From: an uncultured Phycisphaerales bacterium
Lineage (GTDB): Bacteria > Planctomycetota > Phycisphaerae > Phycisphaerales > UBA1924
Assembly (NCBI GenBank): GCA_963973795.1
Contig: CAXBAF010000007.1
Span: 27,200-91,199, forward strand
Direction: 5' to 3'
Length of the DNA stretch: 64,000 nucleotides
The notes under the pieces: generated by a model
What the model was told of the DNA's origin: nothing
Seen by the model: the letters and a program-made list of their open reading frames with translations, nothing else
Databases searched by the model: none
Made by a program: the position numbers and the translations under genes
In this document: one piece after another, positions 18,229 to 27,800 of the stretch
Layout: every line of letters starts with the position of its first letter
Numbering within the stretch: position 1 is the first letter of the stretch

Positions 18229-19593
18229 ATGTCGGTCGAGGTGCACTGGCATGAGGGCCTTTTTCTTCAGCCGCACCACCTGCAGGCGTTCGGCCGGCAG
18301 GTGTGGGATCGCTCAAGGCGAGACCGGCGGCTCGGCTGGGGCTATCCCTACGGCGTTGTCGAGAGCAGGCTGAGCACGGACGAACTCGCGAACATGCGGG
18401 TTCGTTTCGATCGGCTGCGTGCGGTGATGCCCAGCGGGATCGAGGTCGATTGTCCCGGCAACTGCGACCTGCCCTCCCTGGATATCTCGGAGCGGTTCGG
18501 CTCGAGCACGGCCTCGTTCACGGTGAGCCTGGGTGTGCCGCTCTGGCAGAAGGAGCGAGCGAACTCGCTCGAGATCGGTGAGAGCGACTGGCGCGTCAAG
18601 CGGCTGTACCGCGTCGAGGAGCGCGAGAGCCCCGACGAGAACACCGGCGAGAACCCTCAGGGCATGCTGGTGCGGAAGGTCAACGCTCGGCTTCTGATGG
18701 ATGGGGACGACACGACGGACATGGAGATCGTGCCCCTCGTGCGGATCGGGCACGCCGCGGGTGAGGACATCGGTTCGCCTCGGCTTGAGCGGACCTTCGT
18801 GCCGCCCTGCATGCTGCTGAGCGGGTCGAGCGTGCTCCGTGAGATGATGCGCGGTATCGCGAACGACGTGGAGGCCGCGCGGGGCGAGACGGTTGTGCAG
18901 ATGACGCGGGGCGGGTTCAACATCGAGCAGATGCGTGGAGTGCACGTTCAGCAGATGATCAGGCTTCAGACGCTGAACAACTACGCCGCTCGGCTCATGC
19001 ACATGGTGCGGGCCGAGGGTGGGGTGAGCCCGTTTGACATGTATCTCGAGCTTCGGGGGCTGCTGGGCGGGCTTGCGTCGCTCCAGCCAGATCGTGATGC
19101 GTGGGACGCGCCGGACTATGACCATGACGACCCGGGACGGGTCTTCGAGGTGGTCTGCGACCGGATCCGTGCACAGCTGCGGAGCGAGGGCACGGCGAGC
19201 TGGGCTCGGGTGCGGTTCGAGCTCAAGGACGGCCTGCTGGTTGCGGAGCTCTCGGGCGAGCAGTTGACGAATCCGAACGAGTACTTCTTGGGTGTCCAGA
19301 CCGGCCGCGACCCGCGTGAGGTGGCGAAGATGGTCGAGGATCAGGGCGAGTTCAAGCTGACGGCGCTGAGCAAAGCGACGACACGTGTGCGTGGCGTGCA
19401 CCTTGCTGAAGAGCGGCACCCGCCGCTCGAGCTCCCGGCCCAGATAGGGCTGCACTACTTCCGTGTGGATCGGAGCCAGAGCACGCGGGTTTGGGGTCTG
19501 ATCGAGGAAGAGAAGATGCTGGCGATTAATTTTCCGGGCGTCGAGCGTAACGAGTTCGATGATGTTTCGCTGTACATGACGATCCCCGACTGA
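18229..19593 (+). CDS. tssK: T6SS baseplate protein TssK (ImpJ/VasE)
   Basis: The N-terminus VHWHEGLFLQPHHLQ is the TssK signature. Length is 454 aa, and the gene precedes tssL and tssM. Confidence 0.9.
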   Translation: MSVEVHWHEGLFLQPHHLQAFGRQVWDRSRRDRRLGWGYPYGVVESRLSTDELANMRVRFDRLRAVMPSGIEVDCPGNCDLPSLDISERFGSSTASFTVSLGVPLWQKERANSLEIGESDWRVKRLYRVEERESPDENTGENPQGMLVRKVNARLLMDGDDTTDMEIVPLVRIGHAAGEDIGSPRLERTFVPPCMLLSGSSVLREMMRGIANDVEAARGETVVQMTRGGFNIEQMRGVHVQQMIRLQTLNNYAARLMHMVRAEGGVSPFDMYLELRGLLGGLASLQPDRDAWDAPDYDHDDPGRVFEVVCDRIRAQLRSEGTASWARVRFELKDGLLVAELSGEQLTNPNEYFLGVQTGRDPREVAKMVEDQGEFKLTALSKATTRVRGVHLAEERHPPLELPAQIGLHYFRVDRSQSTRVWGLIEEEKMLAINFPGVERNEFDDVSLYMTIPD

Positions 19594-19612
19594 ATCGGCG
19601 GTTCGGTGTCTC

Positions 19613-20356
19613 GTGCGCGGGGCGTGCCCCGGACGCGGGCTGGAGCGATGGATGAAGCTTCTAGCGGTCTGTGAAGAGATTTTTCAGTATGCGTGCCGGC
19701 TGAATCGGTCGGCACGGAAGGGGGCTCCTTTGGAGCCCGCGATGGTGCGCTCGGACATCAAGACCGTTCTGTCGCGGGTGCGGTCGAAAGCGGGTGGTGA
19801 TCCGCTGCTCGCCCAGCAGTACGACCGGGTTGAGCGCCCGCTGATCTACTTCATTGACTTCATGATCGAGGAGAGCGAACTCCCGTTTGCGAGCGAGTGG
19901 AAGGCGAACCGCCTGCAGAACGAGTACTACAGCGTCAACGACGGCGACGAGCACTTCTTCGACATGCTCGACGAGACGCTGCGGGACAACAGCCGGGAGG
20001 CGACGGATCGGCTGAGCGTGTTCTACACGTGTCTCGGCCTGGGATTCACCGGTTTCTACGCGGGGCAGCCTGAGTATCTGCGTCGCAAGATGATGGAGAT
20101 GAACGCTCGTCTTCGGGATGTGATGGAGACCGAAGCGGGGGCGAGGATCGTTCCCGAGGCGTACGAGTACACGGACTCGACCGACCTGATCCAGCCTCCG
20201 ACGCGGAGCCTGGTGAGCCTGGTCATTGTGATGTTCGTTGTGCTGGTCTCGCTGATCGGCACCAGCGTCTATCTGTACTTGGAGCAGTCCGCGGAGATGC
20301 GGCGGGCGTTCGAGGCGATCGACGAGGTGGTCAAGAGCGATGTGTCCGATGGGTAA
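19613..20356 (+). CDS. tssL: T6SS membrane complex protein TssL (DotU family)
   Basis: Motifs RPLIYFIDFMIEES and DRLSVFYTCLGLGFTGFY are present, with a single C-terminal TM helix LVSLVIVMFVVLVSLIGTSVYLYL. The start may be ATG 19652 rather than GTG 19613. Confidence 0.88.
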   Translation: MRGACPGRGLERWMKLLAVCEEIFQYACRLNRSARKGAPLEPAMVRSDIKTVLSRVRSKAGGDPLLAQQYDRVERPLIYFIDFMIEESELPFASEWKANRLQNEYYSVNDGDEHFFDMLDETLRDNSREATDRLSVFYTCLGLGFTGFYAGQPEYLRRKMMEMNARLRDVMETEAGARIVPEAYEYTDSTDLIQPPTRSLVSLVIVMFVVLVSLIGTSVYLYLEQSAEMRRAFEAIDEVVKSDVSDG

Positions 20357-20419
20357 CGACCGGTGCGATCTCGCCGCCGCCGCTGAGGGCCGCGGGGTGA
20401 TCGCCGGAGGCGGAGTCTG

Positions 20420-23400
20420 ATGCAAGCATTGATCTCAAAGTTCATGGCGCTCCCGATCCCCGGCAAGGCCGTGATCGGAATGGTCATGGCGGGCGGCATC
20501 TTCGGTGTCTGCCATCTTCTCGGGATGAACGAGCTTGGGTACTTCCTCGGGATCGCGATGGCGGTCGTGACGGTGGTGCTTGCGCTCTTCGGTCTCGTGA
20601 TGGAGAAACGCGACAAGAAGAAGGCCGAGAACGTCGAGGCGAACATCGCGGACAGCGCCGCGGCGACGCCGTCGGGTGTCAGCAAGGTTGCGGACCGTGC
20701 GAAGCTCGACGATCTGCGTCGTCAGTTCGAGTCTGGAGTCCAGACTTTCCGTGACTACGGCAAGAACCTCTATGACATGCCCTGGTATGTCGTGGTGGGC
20801 GAGCCGGGATCGGGCAAGACCGAGGCGATCCGTCACAGCGGCATCGGCTTCCCGCCGGGGCTCCAGGACCAGCTCCAGGGCACGGGCGGCACCGTCAACA
20901 TGAACTGGTGGTTCACCGATCAGTCGGTGATCATCGACACGGCGGGCCGTCTGATGTTCGAGGACGTTGCACCCGGGGATAACAACGAGTGGAAGGAGTT
21001 CCTGAAACTCCTGCGGACGAGCCGGCCGAACTGCCCGATCAACGGGATGCTGCTGGTGATCCCTGCCGACACGCTGATTACTGATAAGCCGGACGAGATC
21101 GAGAAGAAGGCGGGCAAGATCGCCCAGCAGTTCGACCAGATCCAGCGTTCTCTTGGTGTGCGTTTCCCGGTGTTTGTGCTGATCACGAAGGCCGACCTCG
21201 TCAACGGGTTCCGCGAGTTCTTCGATGACATCACCGATCCGCGGTTGACGGCGCAGATGCTCGGGTGGTCGAACCCGGCGGACCTCGATGAGCCGTTCAA
21301 GCCTGATCGTGTAGAGGAGCACCTCGACAGCCTGCGGCAGCACCTGCTTCAGCGTCGGTTCGCGATGCTGCAGGACCCGATCCATAGCGAGGATCCGAAG
21401 GGACGTCGGATCGACCAGGTCGATGCGCTCTACAAGTTTCCCGAGGCGGTGACTGAGCTTGGCCCGCGGCTTCGGCGGTATCTCGAGATGATTTTCGTCG
21501 CCGGCGAATGGAGCCAGAAGCCTCTGTTCCTGCGCGGGATCTACTTCACGAGCTCGATGCGGGAAGGCGATGCGCTGGATGCGGATCTGGCGGAGGTTCT
21601 CGGCGTCGGGGTTTCGTCGCTGGCGGAGGGCAAGCTTTGGGAGCGGGAGCGGAGCTACTTCCTTCGGGACCTGTTCCTCGACAAGGTTTTCAAGGAGCGT
21701 GGGCTCGTCACGCGTGCGGCGAACGCGGGGCAGGTGAAGCGCAAGCGGGCCATGCTGATCTCGGGGGCGGCGGCGGTGGCTTCGCTTCTGCTCGGTGCGA
21801 TGATTTGGTACAGCTACTCGCAGACCAAGGCGCAGATCCAGAATCCTCGTGATTTCTGGGTCGAGGTGCGGGGCGCGGTCGAGGAGGTGGCGAGCACGGC
21901 GGAGGGGAACGATGATCTGTCGCAGGCCGAGGCGTTGCGGCAGTATCTCAGCCCGCTGACCGTTCGGTACTCCGATGCGAGTGTCCGGGATCTGATTATC
22001 GCGCAGCCGTTGGAGAGCGAGGACGCGGCGGTCCGCTTGGGCGGGGTGAAGCTGACGTACCTTGAGGTTTTTGAGCGGGCGAGAAAATACTACGAGGAGA
22101 ACAGTTCTTCGAGTGGTCTGTTCGCGCTGATCGCGGCGCTCCCCGGCGGCGGCAACGATATTTTCAAACGCCAGTTGCCGGCTCAGCGGGGACTGTTCGA
22201 GCAGCTCGTACTCGTCCGCGCCATCGAACTGGCGCGCGGAGACATCATCGACGGCGGCGCGAATCGCTCAACGCCGATCGGCTGGGGTGATGGTGCGCTG
22301 GGATCGAAGGCGCTCGCCGCGATGATCGCGCTCGAGGCCGATGGGACGATGGGGAACGGCGAGCCGCTCCCCGCGGAAACGATCGACGAGCTCGTGCGAT
22401 TCGCGGTGGCGGCGGAGGGTCCGGACGCCGTCGATGCCGACGCGATGACTCGGCTTCGGGAGTACGCCTCTTGGTTGTATTCAGGGGACTCTTCGTGGCC
22501 GCCGGAGACGCTCCCGGTTGGCACTGAATCCGCGAACGCAGCGGTGGAACGCGGTATCGAGGCGTTCAATCGGTTCTGGCGTAATCCATCCGGTGAAGGC
22601 ACGCTGTTTGGTGCGTTGAAGACACTCGAGGCCGCGGGCGGTTCGCTCACCGCTGCGGAAGAAACCCTGGCGGGTGCGTCGCGTGAGTTGGGTGCGGCGG
22701 CGACTGAGGCCGCGTTCGATGAGAAGAAGGGAGCCTGGCTATCTGCCTACGACCGGTATCGCGCGTCGTATGACGCGTTCTCGACCGCACTGGGCGAGAT
22801 CCCGGAGCAGTACGTGCGGAGCGATTTCGGCTCGGCGGCGTTGCCTGAGGAGGCTCGGCTCGCGGTGTGGGACAGCGCGAGCTCGGCGTACGACGAACTC
22901 ATCGGGCGATTCGGTGACGAGACCCGGCGCGAGAAGCTCGATCCGGAGAATGAGCGTGAGGCCTGGTTGATCGATCAGCGTGAGGCCTTGGTCGCGGCGC
23001 GGAACACCGCGGAGAATGCGTACCGGTCGACGGCTGAGCAGCTCGTTGGCTCGATCCGGGACCGGATCCTGCCTCGGCATCTCGCGCAGCGGGGTCTGGA
23101 CAGGGTCTTTACTGTTCGTTCCAACCTCTTCGCCCAGGCGCACGGGGCGCTGACCCAGGAACGAGTGAGGACAGGGGATTCGCTGCGGGCGGAGCTCGAT
23201 TCGATCAAGTCAGCGCCGGATTCGCAGGTCGTGCCTGCCACAGGCGAGGATCTGGCGTCTGCGGCCCAGTCGGCACGGCTGGTGCACGAGGCTGCGGCAA
23301 GGTCAGCTCGGTATGCGGCGATGCGTGACGACCTTGAAAGGTTGCGCGATTGGGAACAACTGCTGACACGGGAGTCGGCCGATCCGTTACCGATGATTCC

Positions 23401-24829
23401 GTTTACGGGGTTGTCGTCGCTCGAATACGAGCGTCGTTTCGCTCCCGAGAACAACAAACTTGTGCTTGGTTCATTCACCGAACTCAGGGCAGCGATCGAT
23501 CGTCCGGGTGAGGACGGGTCGGCGTATGTGCTGGACGCGGAGAGCCTGAGAACCTCGCTCAAGTCGATCGAGCGAGGACTCGAATCGCACCTCGACGAGT
23601 ACGAACGGTTCTGGACCGAGGACGTCCCGGCGGCGATCCAGGTTCAGCCGGGCCCCTCGGTGACCTGGCGTGATCTGCTCAATGAGCTCCCCAACTCCCG
23701 TCGGATCTTCGACGCGTTCGAGACGCTTCGTGAGATCATGGGCGAAGCATTGGGGGACCCCGCCACGGCGACAAACAATCGGGTCGCCGATCTCGCGAAG
23801 GCGGTCGCCGAGGAAGAAGACGACGATGATCTCCGAGGGATGATCCGGACCGATGTCGTCGCGAGATGGCGTCGGCTGTCCGACGACGCCGCGAGAGCCG
23901 GCGAGTCGCTTCGGCTCTCGGCGGAACAGAAGGAGGTTATGGACGCCTACTTCCCGCTCGAGCAAACGGCGGCGTTCAAGGACCCCTGGGAGCTCGGGCC
24001 TGAAGAAACGTATTGGCGGAGCTTCACGCTCGCGGCGATCGAGCGGATCGCTCGTGAATCGGCGGATGACAAGGAAGGGGCGATCGTCGCGGTCGAGCCC
24101 CTCTGCAGGCGGTTCCCGATCACCCTGAACGCGGACCCGGCAAACGGCCTCGATACCGAGGAGATCCGCCGGGTCGCGAGCACGCTCGGCGGGGTGGGGG
24201 TGCTCGCATCGAGCACGCCGATCACGGCTGTCGCGAGCCCGTTCGATTGGATCAGCAGCGACGAGATCCGTCAGGCCCTTGACAGGATCAGCGGTCGGAG
24301 CCTGCTGCAGGATGCGCCGCGCGTCGGCCGGTTGCGTCGGGCTCTGGGCACGGCGGAGTTCCTCTCCAAGAACGCGGGGAACCTGACGTTCACCCTCGCG
24401 GCGCAGGGGGCGAATTATCCGAAGAACGTCGAGCAGGGAACGCACACGATCTGTGAGCAGGTCGATGTGGCTGGGAAGCCGAACGTTCTCGGCGAGCCTG
24501 GTTTTACGCTGTTTGAATCCCGCGAGGTGTTCTGGGACAACTACTACTGGTCGCTGCCGATGGGCGACCGGATCGAGTTCCGGTTCCAGAATGCGAACCG
24601 CGACGCGCCGGTGACCGCGACGCTCGGGCGTTGGGCGGCGCTCTCGTCGCTCGCGAGCGTTGGCGGGGCGGTCGAGTTCAACGATGGGACCCGGCGGGCG
24701 CAGGTCTGGCCGATCGAGTTCAGGCTCAGCAATGGCCGGTCGTTCTGGATGGGGGCTGTGTTCAGCGGGGGGGACGCCGACGCGTTGTCGGAGATGCGGA
24801 ATTCGTGGCTCACGAAAGAAGAGTGGTGA
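20420..24829 (+). CDS. tssM: T6SS membrane complex protein TssM (IcmF family), 1469 aa
   Basis: Two N-terminal TM helices and a third at AMLISGAAAVASLLLGAMIWYSY. Walker A motif VVVGEPGSGKTEAI and IIDTAGR are present, followed by a long periplasmic C-terminal region. Confidence 0.9.
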   Translation: MQALISKFMALPIPGKAVIGMVMAGGIFGVCHLLGMNELGYFLGIAMAVVTVVLALFGLVMEKRDKKKAENVEANIADSAAATPSGVSKVADRAKLDDLRRQFESGVQTFRDYGKNLYDMPWYVVVGEPGSGKTEAIRHSGIGFPPGLQDQLQGTGGTVNMNWWFTDQSVIIDTAGRLMFEDVAPGDNNEWKEFLKLLRTSRPNCPINGMLLVIPADTLITDKPDEIEKKAGKIAQQFDQIQRSLGVRFPVFVLITKADLVNGFREFFDDITDPRLTAQMLGWSNPADLDEPFKPDRVEEHLDSLRQHLLQRRFAMLQDPIHSEDPKGRRIDQVDALYKFPEAVTELGPRLRRYLEMIFVAGEWSQKPLFLRGIYFTSSMREGDALDADLAEVLGVGVSSLAEGKLWERERSYFLRDLFLDKVFKERGLVTRAANAGQVKRKRAMLISGAAAVASLLLGAMIWYSYSQTKAQIQNPRDFWVEVRGAVEEVASTAEGNDDLSQAEALRQYLSPLTVRYSDASVRDLIIAQPLESEDAAVRLGGVKLTYLEVFERARKYYEENSSSSGLFALIAALPGGGNDIFKRQLPAQRGLFEQLVLVRAIELARGDIIDGGANRSTPIGWGDGALGSKALAAMIALEADGTMGNGEPLPAETIDELVRFAVAAEGPDAVDADAMTRLREYASWLYSGDSSWPPETLPVGTESANAAVERGIEAFNRFWRNPSGEGTLFGALKTLEAAGGSLTAAEETLAGASRELGAAATEAAFDEKKGAWLSAYDRYRASYDAFSTALGEIPEQYVRSDFGSAALPEEARLAVWDSASSAYDELIGRFGDETRREKLDPENEREAWLIDQREALVAARNTAENAYRSTAEQLVGSIRDRILPRHLAQRGLDRVFTVRSNLFAQAHGALTQERVRTGDSLRAELDSIKSAPDSQVVPATGEDLASAAQSARLVHEAAARSARYAAMRDDLERLRDWEQLLTRESADPLPMIPFTGLSSLEYERRFAPENNKLVLGSFTELRAAIDRPGEDGSAYVLDAESLRTSLKSIERGLESHLDEYERFWTEDVPAAIQVQPGPSVTWRDLLNELPNSRRIFDAFETLREIMGEALGDPATATNNRVADLAKAVAEEEDDDDLRGMIRTDVVARWRRLSDDAARAGESLRLSAEQKEVMDAYFPLEQTAAFKDPWELGPEETYWRSFTLAAIERIARESADDKEGAIVAVEPLCRRFPITLNADPANGLDTEEIRRVASTLGGVGVLASSTPITAVASPFDWISSDEIRQALDRISGRSLLQDAPRVGRLRRALGTAEFLSKNAGNLTFTLAAQGANYPKNVEQGTHTICEQVDVAGKPNVLGEPGFTLFESREVFWDNYYWSLPMGDRIEFRFQNANRDAPVTATLGRWAALSSLASVGGAVEFNDGTRRAQVWPIEFRLSNGRSFWMGAVFSGGDADALSEMRNSWLTKEEW

Positions 24830-24882
24830 GATCTCCCCGGCGGCCTCAGGCGAGGCCGGCCCCGAATCGGAAGCAGGACTGA

Positions 24883-27800
24883 ATGCCGAAATCCGAATCG
24901 CATCAGGTGTCGGCGTCCCAGCGCGTTTGGCTCGCGGTGCTCGGGAAGCACCCGGGCTGGAACGATCACCTCGACGACATCGGTCTCGACACCGAGCGGC
25001 TGGTCGCCGTCAAGCGGCATCTCTATGTCGAGGGTGTCGGCGGGGCGATCAACGCGGGGACGTGGGAGGCGTTGAGCGAGCAGGAGCGTGACGAAGGGTT
25101 CTCGCACACCTTCTTCTGGCGCCAAGCGGACGGCATGGTCATCGGGCGGATGTGGTCGTCGAGCGACGGCAAGGGGCGATCGAAGTACCCGATGATCGCG
25201 TGCGCGATGTGCAGGTCGCTCCCGTTTTCGTTCGTCGCGGGCCCGCTGCTTGAGCGGCTGCGCAGGCTCGAAGCGGTCTGCCGAGAGGTGACGACCGCGT
25301 CGGATGTGATCGGCGCGGTCGATCGGGTAAAGGCTGAGGTTGCCGAACTCGCCTCCTTCGCGCCGGAACTGAGCGACGCCCCGGTCGTGGGTGGTGAATC
25401 CGGGAAGGGCTCCGCCGCGGAATTGATCGAGAGCGGCCGGCTCGGCGAGGAAGGAGTCGGTCTTAAGCGTGTGCTGTATCAAATGGACCGCGAGATGGGC
25501 GCCTACGTCCGCCCCGAGGGAAGCGGGACCGCAAGCCGATCAAGATCGGTTGAGGTCCGCGGGCAGCACATCCGTGTCCCGACGTCGTCGGGGCCGATCT
25601 CGCCCGGGCAGGAACACCGGGATCTGAGCCTTTGGGCCCGTCTCCTGCTCAACAAGATCGATCCGTTGGTTCCGATCTTCCTTGCGACCAAGGACGGACG
25701 CGATTGGGTCGACATCATCGTCGGGGAGTTAGGGCCCACGCCGCTCGCGTGCCTGCAGTCTTCGCCCGAGGCGATGCCGTATGTCTCTGACATTCCCTTT
25801 ACGATCGATGGCGATATCGAGCAGTCGATCGAGCAGACCATCGAGGCGTCGCGTGCCGGGACAGTCGTCGAGCGAGATCCGTGTTTCGTTGACGTTCCGC
25901 AGGAACGGCTTGCACCGTTCCTGCGTCCACGCCGGGCAGAGACAAGCGCTGCGGAAACCGATCGGAAGCCGCTCTTTCTCGGGATCGGGGCGGCCGCGAT
26001 CGTCGTGGTGGTTGTTCTCGCTTTCCTGCTGATGCGGGGTGGCGGTGACGGCGTGGATCAACCAGAGACCCGCGAGCAGAGCCGCGCAGAGCCTGCGGAA
26101 AATCCTGCTGCCACCGAGATCAGCGACGGGCAGACACGTGCGGATCCGGTCAATCCGGCTGCGACTCGGGAGACTCCGCCGGGATCGGCTGTTGCAACGG
26201 ATGATCAGGCCACCGAGCCTGCTCCTGCTGATAGCCCGATAGATCGTCCGACCGAGGTGATCGCGTCCGATCCCGTGGGTCGGCTGGAGGCATTCGAGCG
26301 CTGGTGTGCTCGGTACGAGGTCTGGTATCTGCCGTTCACCGAAGCGATTGAGGACGGGGCAATCGCCGGCGACCCTGTGTTCGCAAAGGAGTTGAAGGCG
26401 GCGATCGCCTCCGCGAAGCGCGAGGGCGACCGGCTCGATCCGCTGATCAATACTCCCGGGCGATATCGGAGCCTCGACTCTCTGAGAGAGTCTCCACCCG
26501 ATGCGATCTACGAGCCCGGCTTCGGTGAGACGATCGCCGCGGGGCTCGGCCCGATCGAAACGATCCGGTCGGTGATGCATTCGAGCCGCTGGGAATCGAG
26601 GGAAGCCCTCTCTCGAATGGCGACGCTCACGGAGTCGTTCGGTGGGGTGATGCCGGATGACCTGTCGGCGTTGTCGTTGAGGCTCGATTCGGATGATGGA
26701 GCGGAAGCCGCGGGCGCGGTTCTCGGCCTTGCGGCGGTGTCTGGCAGCCTTGGTGCGAGCGTCTCCGCGATGGACCAACTGATCACGGTCCGAGGTGAAC
26801 TCGAATCGATCCCGGACAACTCTGTTGCGAGGGCGTTCGATCGGCTCAGCCCGATCGGGGAAGAAAGTTCTGGCAACACATGGCTCGCCGAGGCCCGGCG
26901 CAGGTCACTCGAACTCGTCGCGTTTGGCGAGGAATTGCTCGAAGCCGCGGAGTCTAACTATCCACGCGTGGATCCGGAGCTCTTTGCGGGGCGGATCGCG
27001 GCTTTGCCTGAAGCGACCGATTCGGCGACCGCGTTGGCGTACCTCCGGGGCTGGATCGAGACGACCCGGGACCGGTCGCTCTACCTGCTGGCTCCCGCGG
27101 ACGATCCCCGACGCGGGTTGTCTGAGCCGGAACGCGTCGCGGCGTTGCGGGAGGGATTGCAGAATCTGGCGGTGTCGGACGATAACGCCGAGACCCGCGA
27201 GCTCACGGGCCTTCTCGACGCGTACGACGAAGCCGCGAGCGAGTTGCGCGACCTTTCGTGGAACGAGGCGACCAAGGCCCGCGTCACCGAGGAAACAGTG
27301 GCGCTCACCGCGCTGCTGGATGGGATTGCGGACCGCATCGACGCGGAATCACGCAGCCGAGCGATCGAAGCAGAACGATACATCGCGACGCTGAACGCGA
27401 CGGGGACCGTCACGAATTCGGGATCTGACGCGATCGATCGCGCGTGGATCACAGCACGCGACGCCGCGGTCGATCGGTTTGAATCTGATGGTGATGTCGT
27501 CGCACTCTCAAGGGCGATCGACACCACGAAGGAAAGCCTCGCGTCGTTTGAATCGGCGATGCCGAGACCTGAGTTCGACGACGGTGCGTTGGGAACACTC
27601 TCGGCGATGTTTGTCTCGACGGCGGATGAAGAACGCGAACGGGTTCTTTCCGACTTGACCACAGCGGCTGATGCGGCGTCGGACGACGACGCCCTCGCTT
27701 TGTACAACGAGTGGCGTGAGAGAATCGTCGAGTCTTCTGGCTCGTTGGTGTCGCTGCGCGATGGTTTGGACACCTGGGACGATCGCGAGGCTCGCGAGGC

